In this document: piece after piece, positions 1 to 12,579 of the stretch | Layout of the letters: every line of letters starts with the position of its first letter | Position numbering within the stretch: the first letter of the stretch is position 1 | NCBI RefSeq assembly: GCF_001194135.2 | Contig: NC_069002.1 | Location: 18,886,340 to 18,937,553, forward strand | Direction: 5' to 3' | Source of the DNA: Octopus bimaculoides | Taxonomy: Eukaryota | Length of the DNA: 51,214 nucleotides | Made by a program: the position numbers and the translations under genes | The notes under the pieces: model-generated | Databases searched by the model: none | Told to the model about the DNA's origin: nothing | What the model saw: only the letters and a program-made list of their open reading frames with translations

Positions 1-544
1 AACTTTTGTTGTTCTGTTTAATATATACATAGATTATGCCTCCAAAGAAGAGAGCTTGCTGGGGAAAGAAAGCAACCGGTTTAAAAAGACAGCAACAGAC
101 TGCAGCAATTCACCCCATTCCAGAAGCTACTTTGAACATAATGCAAAATGGTGCATCAACATTTTCTACCCAATCTGTTAGAATTCTGGCAAAAATGTGT
201 AGCAACAGATCGCCAGCAATTGCTTCATCAGAAATTGCCGTCCTAGCTCCTGCGAAAAGGGATTACCCTGCTATGTATAATCAGGGCAGTGCAAAAAGTT
301 GTTTTGCACATATCATTTGTATAGCCAATTAGACGGATGAAATTTACGTACGATTAATAATGTTACGCAAAAGAGCATTCAAACTTGCCCTTTTAATTTC
401 ATCGTCTTTTGAATTACGAACATACTTACATCATAAGTGTTTTTTCGTTGTAAGTCTTTGTTTTTTAGTTGATTTTCACCTAGCAAGACTTATCGTAGAT
501 GGCGTAATAAGTCACACCCGAACAACGTCGGGTTATACTGCTAG
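1..544 (+). mobile_element. Helitron-like element, 3' end (5' boundary not identified)
   Basis: Hairpin ACCCGA-acaacg-TCGGGT (516-533), 7 nt spacer, then CTAG (541-544) followed by T. This is the canonical Helitron 3' terminus. The upstream extent is assumed. Confidence 0.6.
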
Positions 545-935
545 TGAGAATATAAACTCTGTTATAATGAGATTTTATTCAGCGAGGAAACTTAAAACAC
601 GGTACTCTGTATGTACCTACTTGCCTATGTGTGTGCATATTAAACGTACACACGCAGGCACACACACACGCACANNNNNNNNNNCATACATACATACATA
701 CATACATACATACATACATACATACAAATAAACAGACAGAGAGAAAGACATACAGAGAGAGACTTTCAGACACACAAGATTTTAAATAATTAAAAATAGT
801 AGAGAAGATGCAGTTTGATTCAAATTCGTTGGTACTTCGAGAGTTTCAAGCATGATGCTAATCTTCAATCATTTTGAATTTGAATGAAAGAATTTGATTG
901 TTGTTATCGTAAGATGGACTGCGATTGGTCGAGGA

Positions 936-1082
936 ATAGCAAACATTAAGGCAAGGCAAACATCTCAAGTCATATACAATATTATTATAGGAAGAAATTT
1001 TGAATTTCTTTCGATAAGAATTTCTTCCTAATATAATATTGTATATGACTTGAGATGTTTGCTTTACCTAAATGTTTGCTAT
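936..1082. repeat. Inverted repeat, 64-bp arms
   Basis: 936-999 (ATAGCAAACATTAAGG...GGAAGAAATT) pairs with 1019-1082 with about 5 mismatches; 19-nt spacer. Confidence 0.9.
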
Positions 1083-1866
1083 CTTGTTTAAGAGTTATAT
1101 ATCCGTTGCATCGGAAATCTGCAATGGCCCCATTATTACCGTTCGGCTATAACCTTGGAGCCCCAGTAATCCATTACAGTACTTACCTAGCGTACCTAAT
1201 CTTTTAGATCACCTTTGAACTAAGCCCCCATACTTTGTATATATATATATATATATATNNNNNNNNNNNNNNNNNNNNNNNNNNNNNNNNNNNNNNNNNN
1301 NNNNNNNNNNNNNNNNNNNNNNNNNNNNNNNNNNNNNNNNNNNNNNNNNNNNNNNNNNNNNNNNNNNNNNNNNNNNNNNNNNNNNNNNNNNNNNNNNNNN
1401 NNNNNNNNNNNNNNNNNNNNNNNNNNNNNNNNNNNNNNNNNNNNNNNNNNNNNNNNNNNNNNNNNNNNNNNNNNNNNNNNNNNNNNNNNNNNNNNNNNNN
1501 NNNNNNNNNNNNNNNNNNNNNNNNNNNNNNNNNNNNNNNNNNNNNNNNNNNNNNNNNNNNNNNNNNNNNNNNNNNNNNNNNNNNNNNNNNNNNNNNNNNN
1601 NNNNNNNNNNNNNNNNNNNNNNNNNNNNNNNNNNNNNNNNNNNNNNNNNNNNNNNNNNNNNNNNNNNNNNNNNNNNNNNNNNNNNNNNNNNNNNNNNNNN
1701 NNNNNNNNNNNNNNNNNNNNNNNNNNNNNNNNNNNNNNNNNNNNNNNNNNNNNNNNNNNNNNNNNNNNNNNNNNNNNNNNNNNNNNNNNNNNNNNNNNNN
1801 NNNNNNNNNNNNNNNNNNNNNNNNNNNNNTATATTTGCAAAGGGAAGTTATCTTTCCCATCTTGAT

Positions 1867-1968
1867 CTAGTGATTCGTCATATGTATATATATATACATA
1901 TGTATATATATATACATGTATATATATATATACATATGTATATATATATACATATGACGAATCACTAG
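1867..1968. repeat. Near-perfect 102-bp palindrome with TA-rich core
   Basis: CTAGTGATTCGTCATATG...(TA)n/CATATG units...CATATGACGAATCACTAG. The halves differ by one TA unit. Confidence 0.9.
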
Positions 1969-1974
1969 TGAAAA

Positions 1975-3550
1975 ACAGAAGTAATTATCTACCACCCAAA
2001 GGAAGGAATAAAACACTGTACGACTTCTGTAACCGTATCCAGAATTTTCCTCACACTATCTATAAACCAAAAGTACCAAACCTCAACAACCTACAATGGA
2101 ATCATCTACTACAACTAAAAGCGACAAAGAACTGACAATCAAAGAAGCAAAACAAGGTAGTGCTGTAGTCCTAATGGACTCAGAATACTGTAAAAACCTA
2201 GCATTGTCCATACTAGAAAATGGCTTCTTTTATGAAAAAGTTGCAAATTATAGGCAGCAAAAGACATTAAAAGATCTTGCATGTTTAATACTCAAACATG
2301 GAAAAGGCCTCACAGAAAAAGAAGAAGATTTTATTACAAACTTTAAATGCAAACCAAGCCTTTTCTATGGCCTCCCCCAAATCCACAAGAGTTAAATAAT
2401 TACTAATGTCTGCAAATCAAATGCAGTCTATACATAAATATCCCAACACCAGAAGACTTAAAATTAAGGCCGATTATAGCGGGCCCAACACATCACCTAA
2501 GCAACTTTCTGTACAAACTATTGAAACCTTTCCCCAGATACATTAAACGTCTCATTAGAGACGATCTGGACATGCTAGAGCATCTATAAAAAACCACAAA
2601 CGAAGAAGCACTATTAGTCTCCTTCCATGTCATTAACCTTTACACTAACATTCCACATGACAACGGAATAGAGGCAATAAAATCCTGATTAGAAAAATAC
2701 CCCAAAGTTCTCCCGGACCGCATAAACCAAACTTTTGTCATTGAATCCCTGAAGTTCATCCTACAAAACAGTTACTTCATATTCAATGTAACATACTACC
2801 GCCAAAAATGCGGTATTGTGATGGGAACGAAAGCAGCGCCTGTCCTTGCGAACCTAATAATGGGTTTCTTTGAATCTACACTATATGAAATTTCACTCCA
2901 AAACCAACAGACTCAAAACAGTATCTCCTTTTCAGTTCATGCTATCCTAAAAACACCAAAATGAATACCCCATTCAATCTAGCAAAAAGGATCTGTACAA
3001 TTGTATCTGACACATCCACTCGGGAACTTCGCCTACAAGACCTCAAAATAACACTCATTAAACGTCAAAGTTGGAACCCCGCTCCACCAGTATATTAGAA
3101 AAAAACTGGAAAACATATTTAGACGAGTGTTTTATCATCTGGAATGAAACCTATGATAAACACCTGGATTTCAAATCCACACTGAACAATATAAACCCCA
3201 ACATCCAATTTACAATGGAATATAGCAAGGAACAGCTCCCATTTCTGGACATTTTGATTTTAAAAAAGTGCAACAACCAAATTGCAACCGACATTTACTA
3301 CAAACCAACAGACTAAAAACAGTATCTCCTTTTCAGTTCATGCCATCCTAAACACACCCCAAAAAATATCCCATTCAATCTAGCAAAAAGGATCTGTACA
3401 ATTGTATCTGACACAACCACTCGGGAACTTCGCCTACAACGACTCAAAATAGCACTCATTGAACGTCAATACCTATCCGCACTGATAGAACATGGAATTA
3501 AACGTGGCAAGAAATTGGACACAAATACACCAAGGACAACAAAACAAAAC
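1975..3550 (+). mobile_element. Penelope-like retroelement, decayed reverse transcriptase
   Basis: Translated motifs with stops and frameshifts: IKEAKQGSAVVLMD, FYGLPQIHK, LVSFHVINLYTNIP, QKCGIVMGTKAAPVLANLIMGFFE, TYLDECFIIW, IQFTMEYSKEQLPFLDILI, DIYYKPTD. All are typical of PLE RT. Confidence 0.9.
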
Positions 3551-4386
3551 ACCACATCTCAGCTTAAATCTACCGTTTCGCTCCAAAAATTTGGATGGCA
3601 TTTTCTTCTTATCCTACTCTTGTTTTTGCACACATCTACAAAATGTCTTTCTAAAATTGAACTTCCATTATGCAGCTGAGGAGTACAATTTCATTGCAGA
3701 TTTTATGTGGTGTTCTCACTACATAAATAAATGAAATTTGTACGAAAGTACTTACTGCTATAACCTATTGAATTTTTGTTGTTTTTCTTCAAATTTTATT
3801 CACCAAATCTCTTGATCTTGTTTTTGGTTTTTACCCTACCAAATTCAGGTGCCTCAAACATTTAAGTACCACATTTAATCTTTTGATTAAATCTATATTA
3901 TGATTATATATATATATATATATATNNNNNNNNNNNNNNNNNNNNNNNNNNNNNNNNNNNNNNNNNNNNNNNNNNNNNNNNNNNNNNNNNNNNNNNNNNN
4001 NNNNNNNNNNNNNNNNNNNNNNNNNNNNNNNNNNNNNNNNNNNNNNNNNNNNNNNNNNNNNNNNNNNNNNNNNNNNNNNNNNNNNNNNNNNNNNNNNNNN
4101 NNNNNNNNNNNNNNNNNNNNNNNNNNNNNNNNNNNNNNNNNNNNNNNNNNNNNNNNNNNNNNNNNNNNNNNNNNNNNNNNNNNNNNNNNNNNNNNNNNNN
4201 NNNNNNNNNNNNNNNNNNNNNNNNNNNNNNNNNNNNNNNNNNNNNNNNNNNNNNNNNNNNNNNNNNNNNNNNNNNNNNNNNNNNNNNNNNNNNNNNNNNN
4301 NNNNNNNNNNNNNNNNNNNNNNNNNNNNNNNNNNNNNNNNNNNNNNNNNNNNNNNNNNNNNNNNNNNNNATATATATATATATTTG

Positions 4387-4447
<61 letters not shown>

Positions 4448-5247
4448 ATGTATACATACGTACACATTGTACACTCACACACGCACACACACACACACGG
4501 TTATAGTAAATAAACCCTTATTTATTTAGACTGTACAATTCATAGCTAGTCCAAGCAGTAAATTTGGTTACTGAGAGGACAACAAAAACTTAAAAGCAAA
4601 TCGGTGCGATGGAAGTTATGTGGGAGTAAATTAAAATAAAAAATAGAAAGAACTGACATCAACAACCACCCACCCACCCCCACACACGTACGTGTGCGTG
4701 TGTGAGTGTGTGAGTGTGTGAGTGTGTGTGTGCGTAAGTGTGTGTGTGTGTGTGTGTGTATAATAACTGAAGGGGTATAGGTACCATTTCTAGCAAATAT
4801 TTTGGTAGAAGCCAATGGTTTCGTGGTGGATGGAATGTTTTCACATTAAAAAATTGTAACTGAACGGAGCTATCAGTAATGTGATGTGGCATTATATTGG
4901 TAAGTCTTAGAGTAGTTAGTAATAGCAATAAAGAGGATCTTTGATAATGGTGCTGCCAATGTTACTGAAACTGCAGAGAAGGTGATGGAACTTTACTGAT
5001 AAGCACCTAGTTGTGGAAGTGTTGTTGTAGCTTGTGACGGCGGGGCAATAGTTGACGGTGGGGAAGGGGGGATGTCGGTGGCTGAGTGATTTGAAAGATA
5101 TAGAACGATTTGATAAATATACAGAAGCTGTGGAGTAACAGCTGCTTTACGTTCTCGTTTGCTAACAACGTTGAAGATAACGACTGTTTGGAAAAAAGCA
5201 CAAACAGGAAAATATCACATTTGCACGCACACACATACGCACACACA

Positions 5248-5286
<39 letters not shown>

Positions 5287-6480
5287 NNNNNNNNNNNNNN
5301 NNNNNNNNNNNNNNNNNNNNNNNNNNNNNNNNNNNNNNNNNNNNNNNNNNNNNNNNNNNNNNNNNNNNNNNNNNNNNNNNNNNNNNNNNNNNNNNNNNNN
5401 NNNNNNNNNNNNNNNNNNNNNNNNNNNNNNNNNNNNNNNNNNNNNNNNNNNNNNNNNNNNNNNNNNNNNNNNNNNNNNNNNNNNNNNNNNNNNNNNNNNN
5501 NNNNNNNNNNNNNNNNNNNNNNNNNNNNNNNNNNNNNNNNNNNNNNNNNNNNNNNNNNNNNNNNNNNNNNNNNNNNNNNNNNNNNNNNNNNNNNNNNNNN
5601 NNNNNNNNNNNNNNNNNNNNNNNNNNNNNNNNNNNNNNNNNNNNNNNNNNNNNNNNNNNNNNNNNNNNNNNNNNNNNNNNNNNNNNNNNNNATATATATA
5701 TATATATAAATGTTTGTGTGCGTATGTGTATGTGTTTAATAGTGCTTGAATGTGTAGCAGTGTTATACAAAGGTAATTTAAGTAATTTAAGACGAATATA
5801 TGAAAATAGAAAGAAAGCAGCAGTACCTCCGCCCACCCTCCTCCGCCTCTCTGTTCTCTCTTCCTTCTTACCAATGTAAGAACATGTCTCCAGTTGTTTT
5901 AAATCTTGATAACAGCCAGACAGAATTCTGGAAGGTCGTAGTTCGGATTTAGTTTGTATTTGATACAAGATTAAACAGACTCAAGAGTATTTCAGCATAG
6001 GGCAAATTGGTAGACCCTATTACTAACACGGAGGGCTGTGATTTGAGGGAGATTAGTTTACTACTTGTTGCAGTTCGAACTTCTATGTAAAAGGTTTTCC
6101 TTTCTTGATGTTAGTGTTGATGGTGGAAAATATGTCGTTGTGTTGAAAGTCACACGACATTACAGATGCAAATGACTATGGTAATGTATGGTGGCACTTA
6201 GAAGCATTTGTGGGTCTAAGAGAATCCTTGCTGCTGCTGTTGTTCTTATTGTCGTAGTTCTGTAGACCTGAGGTACCCTCTGAACGAATAGACATTTCAA
6301 AACCATTCCAATCCTTACCATACCGTCGTATTTATTATGCACTTTATAATCATATAATATTCTCGTTGTTTCTATGGGATGTCAGTGTTTCTCCGTGTGT
6401 TACGACAAGGGAGGCAACAATTGGATAGGGGAACGATATAGACAAAGAGAGGAGAGCGAGTAGAGGAAGCAAAGACAATT

Positions 6481-6547
<67 letters not shown>
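6481..6547. repeat. (GT)n microsatellite running into gap
   Basis: Directly visible. Confidence 0.97.
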
Positions 6548-7137
6548 NNNNNNNNNNNNNNNNNNNNNNNNNNNNNNNNNNNNNNNNNNNNNNNNNNNNN
6601 NNNNNNNNNNNNNNNNNNNNNNNNNNNNNNNNNNNNNNNNNNNNNNNNNNNNNNNNNNNNNNNNNNNNNNNNNNNNNNNNNNNNNNNNNNNNNNNNNNNN
6701 NNNNNNNNNNNNNNNNNNNNNNNNNNNNNNNNNNNNNNNNNNNNNNNNNNNNNNNNNNNNNNNNNNNNNNNNNNNNNNNNNNNNNNNNNNNNNNNNNNNN
6801 NNNNNNNNNNNNNNNNNNNNNNNNNNNNNNNNNNNNNNNNNNNNNNNNNNNNNNNNNNNNNNNNNNNNNNNNNNNNNNNNNNNNNNNNNNNNNNNNNNNN
6901 NNNNNNNNNNNNNNNNNNNNNNNNNNNNNNNNNNNNNNNNNNNNNNNNNNNNNNNNNNNNNNNNNNNNNNNNNNNNNNNNNNNNNNNNNNNNNNNNNNNN
7001 NNNNNNNNNNNNNNNNNNNNNNNNNNNNNNNNNNNNNNNNNNNNNNNNNNNNNNNNNNNNNNNNNNNNNNNNNNNNNNNNNNNNNNNNNNNNNNNNNNNN
7101 NNNNNNNNNNNNNNNNNNNNNNNNNNNNNNNNNNNNN

Positions 7138-7286
7138 TCCTGCTCTTCCTGCACCTCCTGCTCTTCCTCCTGCTCATCTTGTTCCTCCACCTCTCATTCT
7201 TTCTTCTTCTTCTTCTTCTTCTTCTTCTTCTTCTTCTTCTTCTTCTTCTTCTTCTTCTTCTTCTTCTTCTTCTTCTTCTTCTTCAT
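7138..7286. repeat. (TCC)/(TTC)n microsatellite
   Basis: Directly visible. Confidence 0.95.
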
Positions 7287-8361
7287 CTTGTGGCTATTTA
7301 GTGGATGTTGTGAGTCGGCATGGTCAAATGTCATTCAACTTTAAACATTCTTAAACCTCAACTGACCGATGTGTCTATTATTTAGTTGTTATTTCTAGCA
7401 AATTTATTGTCCACATTATGCTGTATGCGGTGTCCGTGCAGTAAAGGGAAATTTCGTTTCAACATGAGAAATAATATATGTTCTTACTTATTTTGCCTAC
7501 TTCGTTCGACCCAGTGACATTTCGAAGATAACCAGGGCGGATGTACATCTGAATCTGATGTAATATGTGACATGTGCACGCGCGCGCATACACATGCACA
7601 CGCACACATACATACATGCATGCATACATACATACGTACGTACATACATACATACATACATACATACAGACAGACAGACAGACAGACATGAATACATGCA
7701 TGCACGAATCCATGCATGCATATGTATGTATGTATATATNNNNNNNNNNNNNNNNNNNNNNNNNNNNNNNNNNNNNNNNNNNNNNNNNNNNNNNNNNNNN
7801 NNNNNNNNNNNNNNNNNNNNNNNNNNNNNNNNNNNNNNNNNNNNNNNNNNNNNNNNNNNNNNNNNNNNNNNNNNNNNNNNNNNNNNNNNNNNNNNNNNNN
7901 NNNNNNNNNNNNNNNNNNNNNNNNNNNNNNNNNNNNNNNNNNNNNNNNNNNNNNNNNNNNNNNNNNNNNNNNNNNNNNNNNNNNNNNNNNNNNNNNNNNN
8001 NNNNNNNNNNNNNNNNNNNNNNNNNNNNNNNNNNNNNNNNNNNNNNNNNNNNNNNNNNNNNNNNNNNNNNNNNNNNNNNNNNNNNNNNNNNNNNNNNNNN
8101 NNNNNNNNNNNNNNNNNNNNNNNNNNNNNNNNNNNNNNNNNNNNNNNNNNNNNNNNNNNNNNNNNNNNNNNNNNNNNNNNNNNNNNNNNNNNNNNNNNNN
8201 NNNNNNNNNNNNNNNNNNNNNNNNNNNNNNNNNNNNNNNNNNNNNNNNNNNNNNNNNNNNNNNNNNNNNNNNNNNNNNNNNNNNNNNNNNNNNNNNNNNN
8301 NNNNNNNNNNNNNNNNNNNNNNNCGGTATGTGGTGAAGCAAATGCTTGCTGATCCCTTAAT

Positions 8362-8409
<48 letters not shown>

Positions 8410-8412
<3 letters not shown>

Positions 8413-9258
8413 GTTGTCTGACCGATAAATATCCAGACTGTTGCCATAGTAACAAAGCTAAAGCACGCAGAGTGAAGCCGATTGATACAAATTGACCCTG
8501 ACATCAGGTGTGCCTGCGCACTAGTTTTAACGTTCTAGCTCACTTCTGTTGTTCACATCAGTGCTTGGAAGGAACATGTGTAGCGTGTGATCATCGCATT
8601 GACCATGAAAATGAAAGATGAGCAGAGAATCTGCATCAAATGTTGCCAAGAGCTTGATGATACCTGCTCAGAGGCCCATGTAAAGTTTCAGAACGTTTTC
8701 ATCGTTCACGCGAAAATCAAGGAGATCTTCTGTAACTGAAACCCGAGCTGAAAGCAGTTTTGTCACAAACTTGGCAGACACGCGTCTCATACCGAAATCT
8801 TCAGTGATAATGGACTGGATTGAACCGTAACTAATCTGCACATGCTCTGATAACTTACGGATGGTGATGCGACGATTTCCCCTCACAGCTGCACTAACAT
8901 CTGCGATGTTTTTCTCAGTTCTCCCAGAATATTGGTCAATATTGACATATTTTTCGGTAACATTGGAAACGTCTGAATCACTCGTAGACTGGCGTGCGGT
9001 TCATACATTCCGCCCCATACGCGTTCTGCAACACTGAGAAGGCCTCTGAGCAGGTATCGCCATGACAACTTTCCCTGTCGTGGACAATGCAAAGATTGCA
9101 CTCTACACACGTTCCTTCCAAACATTACTGTAAACAGCAGATACAAGGTAGACTGGTAAAACATAGTGCAAAGTCCAGGTTTAATATACACCTAGCGGGT
9201 TCTCTCTGTGTGCTTTAGCTTCGTTACTATGGAAACAGTTTTGATACTTATTGATATA
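8410..9258. mobile_element. Mariner-family DNA transposon derivative with two inverted 5' ends
   Basis: Terminal inverted similarity (CTGTTGCCATAGTAACAAAGCTAAAGCAC vs GTGCTTTAGCTTCGTTACTATGGAAACAG). The + strand at about 8605 encodes MKMKDEQRICIKCCQEL. The - strand encodes LQNAYGAECMNRTPVYE and RRITIRKLSEHVQISYGSIQSIITEDFGMRRVSAKFVTKLL (mariner HTH region). TA-rich flanks. Confidence 0.85.
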
Positions 9259-9411
9259 TATATACACACACATACATACTTACATATATATATTGTGTTT
9301 ATATAGTTACACGCACACATCTATGCACATACTTAAACACTACCTCACTAATACAGGAAAATAGATAATCTCATATATATGCATATATACGTACACATGT
9401 ATACATGCTTA

Positions 9412-9460
<49 letters not shown>

Positions 9461-9517
9461 GATATATATACATACAAACAGGCACATATGTATCTATATA
9501 CATATTCCTGGGCATGT

Positions 9518-9607
9518 GGAGGTGCAATGTCCCAGTGGTTAGGGCAGCGGACTTGCGGTCGTAGAATCGTGGTTTCGATTCCCAGACAGGGCGTTGTGAG
9601 TGTTTAT
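9518..9607 (+). mobile_element. tRNA-derived SINE head, 3' truncated
   Basis: A-box-like TGTCCCAGTGGTT and B-box-like GTTTCGATTCCC at tRNA spacing, with no acceptor stem. Confidence 0.75.
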
Positions 9608-10553
9608 CTAGGTAAATAGATAGAAAGATTTATAGTTAGTCAGGTAGGTAAGTAGAGATTGAAATAGGATGATAGATAAATTGTGAATCGGTTTTTCTTT
9701 TGTTTCTTCTTGCCAATATGTTTAGATGTAGACTCGTTTTAAAAGGTAGATTTGTGTTTCGTGTCATTTGTTATAGCAAACCATCGAGTGTTCCTAATAT
9801 TGCAGTCGTCAGGGTCCGCAACGATGTGAAAACCAGAGTTATTGCAAATACAATCATGATTCCTGGGAGTGCTATTGCTTCTGCTGTTATCCCTTAATTT
9901 CGAACTATTTCTGTGAAAGTTATTTTCCATTTCAGATAATTATTCAATATTATTGATCTCCTTGTACAATGGTTTTTGATGTTAAAGCAGATGTTTCTTG
10001 CATAACCAGTTGTATAAATTCATAAGTGGCTGTTTGTGTGCTGCTTGTAGTAGTAGTTTCCACTGGTGTGTTATTGTTAACATTGTTAGGTTATGTATTG
10101 TAGGCAATAATAATTCCATCAATGGTGTTCGGGGATTTCTGTTTCTCGTTGCTAGAATGGTTTTGCTGCTGACATCACTTCATGCATTTTACTTCGTTGG
10201 GGAAGCGCAGGTTACAACTGTTTTACGTTTATCAGTACTCTCATTGAATAACAGATTTTCAATCCATTTCCTACAAAATTACTTGTTTGGGGCATATTTC
10301 TCTATTCTAGACATTCTTATTATATTCAGCGCTGGCGATTGTTTGTAAGAGAAAAATTCTGTTATTCTAACCACCTGCAGCGAGATAAATTATCGAAATG
10401 CAACACTCTCAGAAGAATTAAATGCAGGTAAGCTTATGCATGTTTCCTTTACATCTTAGGCAAAAAGTGAATCCCTTTCTTGTATTCTTTGACTTGATAG
10501 AGTCACGACCGCAAATAATTCCTAATTTTAAGAACTTTTGGTGAAAAGTACCT

Positions 10554-10962
10554 GAGTGGCTGTATGGTAAAAAGCTTGCTTCCCAACCAGTGGGTTTAGT
10601 CCCACTGTGTGGCACCTTGGGCAAGTGTCTTCTACTATAGCCTCGGGCCGACCAGAGCCTTGTGAGTGGATTTGGTAGCCGGAAACTGAAAGAAGCCTGT
10701 CGTATATATGTATATATATATAGGTATGTGTATGTATGTGTTTGTGTGTCTGTGTTTGTCTCCCCCACCCCCAACTTCACTTGACAACCGATGTTGGTGT
10801 GCTTACGTCCACGTAACTTAGCGGTTTGGCAAAAAGAGACCGATAGAATAAGTACTAGGCTTACAAAAAATAAGTCCTGGGTCGATTTGCTCGACTAAAG
10901 GCGGTGCCCCTGCATGGCCGCAGTCAAATGACTGAAACAAGTAAAAGTGTAAGAGTAAAGAG
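10554..10962 (+). mobile_element. tRNA-derived SINE with internal microsatellite
   Basis: Pol III-like head (TGGCTGTATGGT...GGGTTTAGTCCC) and internal (TA)/(TG) tract. The body is homologous to the copy at 49061-49558. Confidence 0.85.
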
Positions 10963-11074
10963 TATACTAATTTTTAAGTAGCCTTATGCATAGTCGTTCA
11001 TCCTGCCAAAAATAACAGTCAGATCTCCTCGAATCACATCCTACTGTCTTAAGTAAGCAAACATATATATGTAT

Positions 11075-11079
11075 GTATG

Positions 11080-11172
<93 letters not shown>
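11075..11172. repeat. Compound (CT)n(AT)n microsatellite
   Basis: Directly visible. Confidence 0.95.
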
Positions 11173-11175
<3 letters not shown>

Positions 11176-11659
11176 TTGCTGCCTGTGGTATACACATATA
11201 TATATACCAGCTGCCTAGGATTTGCACAACCTCGACCACAATCATTTTTAATGAACTACTTTATTCTTCAATATATTTTGTTATAGAAAATTACCCTTTT
11301 CACTTCATTTTCTGTTATTCTCACAGCACTGAAAAATAATATACTCCCTAGTATGCATTGAAAAATTGAGTCATGCTCCTAAATAAACAAGTGCTTTAGA
11401 ATTTAGAATAAATGAAATTGTAACAAGTCTCGAGTGGCCAAATTCTGTTAGAAATATAATGCATTTAAAATTAGAAACTCATAGAATTTTGATGCAAAAT
11501 ATGTTTCCCTGTTGTTGTCGAATTCAGTTTTTACTATCCTACTCTGGTGTACGTATGTTTCTTACTATCGATTCTTCGTCTCGCTTTCTCTCTGTATATC
11601 TTTACGCACGCCTCAGCCCAAGAAGACGCTTCCGCTAAAGTGGACCAACATAAGATGGA

Positions 11660-12343
11660 CCAACATATTAGTTTCACCAGTGAATATCCTAACAATAATG
11701 GCTCCCTCCCCTTGTTCAACTTTTGGCTAAACATCACGGACGAGGGGTAAATTGATACGGTCTTTTACAGAAAATCTTCGTCCACTATAAATAGACCCTT
11801 CGTATCAAGGCCAAGATGAACTAGGTGCATAACGTGATGGCCCGGATATGCAAAAGATGCAATGACGACACCAGCCGAGACTCACATGTTACTCAGTTCC
11901 TAAAGATATTTGGTGCCAACGGATATCCTACGTCCTTCGCTAACTTCATACAGTAACACAGGCTAGCTAAACGTCGCAAGAGGGATCTCTCTAAAACCTG
12001 TTTCCTGAAGATTGCACATTTCAATGAGAAAAACCAACTTCGCCATCTAGAAGGCTTTTCGCAGGGAAGGACTCGACATTCTGTTGGCCATTCAGAACCG
12101 TCCCTATGCAAACATTTATCAACGAGGTGGTCACTTGCAGTACAGCAGCCCTGCAGACTAAAGAATTGCCCCATTCGAGACACTGACAGGTGCCTACGTA
12201 TGTGTGTGGTATACCAAATACAATGCTCCAAATGCAACAACCACGTCATCGGTGGCACAATACGACATTCTGCGTCGGAATTCAGGAACGTCTCACTACC
12301 AACGCATGCTCCTTCTGCGAACACCTGGCAAAATTTACTGGGT
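11660..12343 (+). mobile_element. Penelope-like element, RT C-terminus plus start of GIY-YIG endonuclease
   Basis: HISFTSEYPNNNGSLPLF...IDTVFYRK, FLKIFGANGYP, and CVVYQIQCSKCNNHVIGGT (GIY-YIG-like VYxIxCxxCxxxYIGET). Confidence 0.8.
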
Positions 12344-12387
<44 letters not shown>

Positions 12388-12388
<1 letters not shown>

Positions 12389-12490
12389 ACATCTTAAGGA
12401 AAGTATTATCAGTCTGAGGTCCTTGTTGTGATTTGACAGATAACTAAAGACTCTGGTGCATTTTTACGCTGTGTTACAAAGGAATAACAC
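12388..12490 (+). mobile_element. Very short 3' end of an R4/Dong LINE
   Basis: CAC ATC TTA AGG AAA GTA TTA TCA GTC TGA = HILRKVLSV*, matching the ORF C-termini of the other copies here (MLRKVLEK, ILRRVLEA, VLRRALSL). Lies between (TAC)n and (AAC)/(AAT)n. Confidence 0.65.
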
Positions 12491-12521
12491 TAACAACAAC
12501 AACAACAGCAACAACAACAAC

Positions 12522-12579
<58 letters not shown>

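Noticed and set aside
1204-8428. Long ORFs full of X, and similar ones at 20.6-21.8, 26.5-28.8, 33.5-34.7, 40.4-40.9, 45.7-45.9 and 49.0-49.4 kb
   Set aside because: They read through N-gaps and flanking microsatellites, so there is no coding evidence.
9518-9607. tRNA gene calls for the SINE heads (also 18944 and 21490)
   Set aside because: A and B boxes are present but there is no cloverleaf or acceptor stem, and the sequence continues into SINE bodies.
9690-10348. 116-aa ORF and mucin-like low-complexity frames (also 4770-5200, 17220-17560, 42430-42640, 44440-44740)
   Set aside because: Composition fits decayed trinucleotide repeats, with no domain or supporting splice structure.
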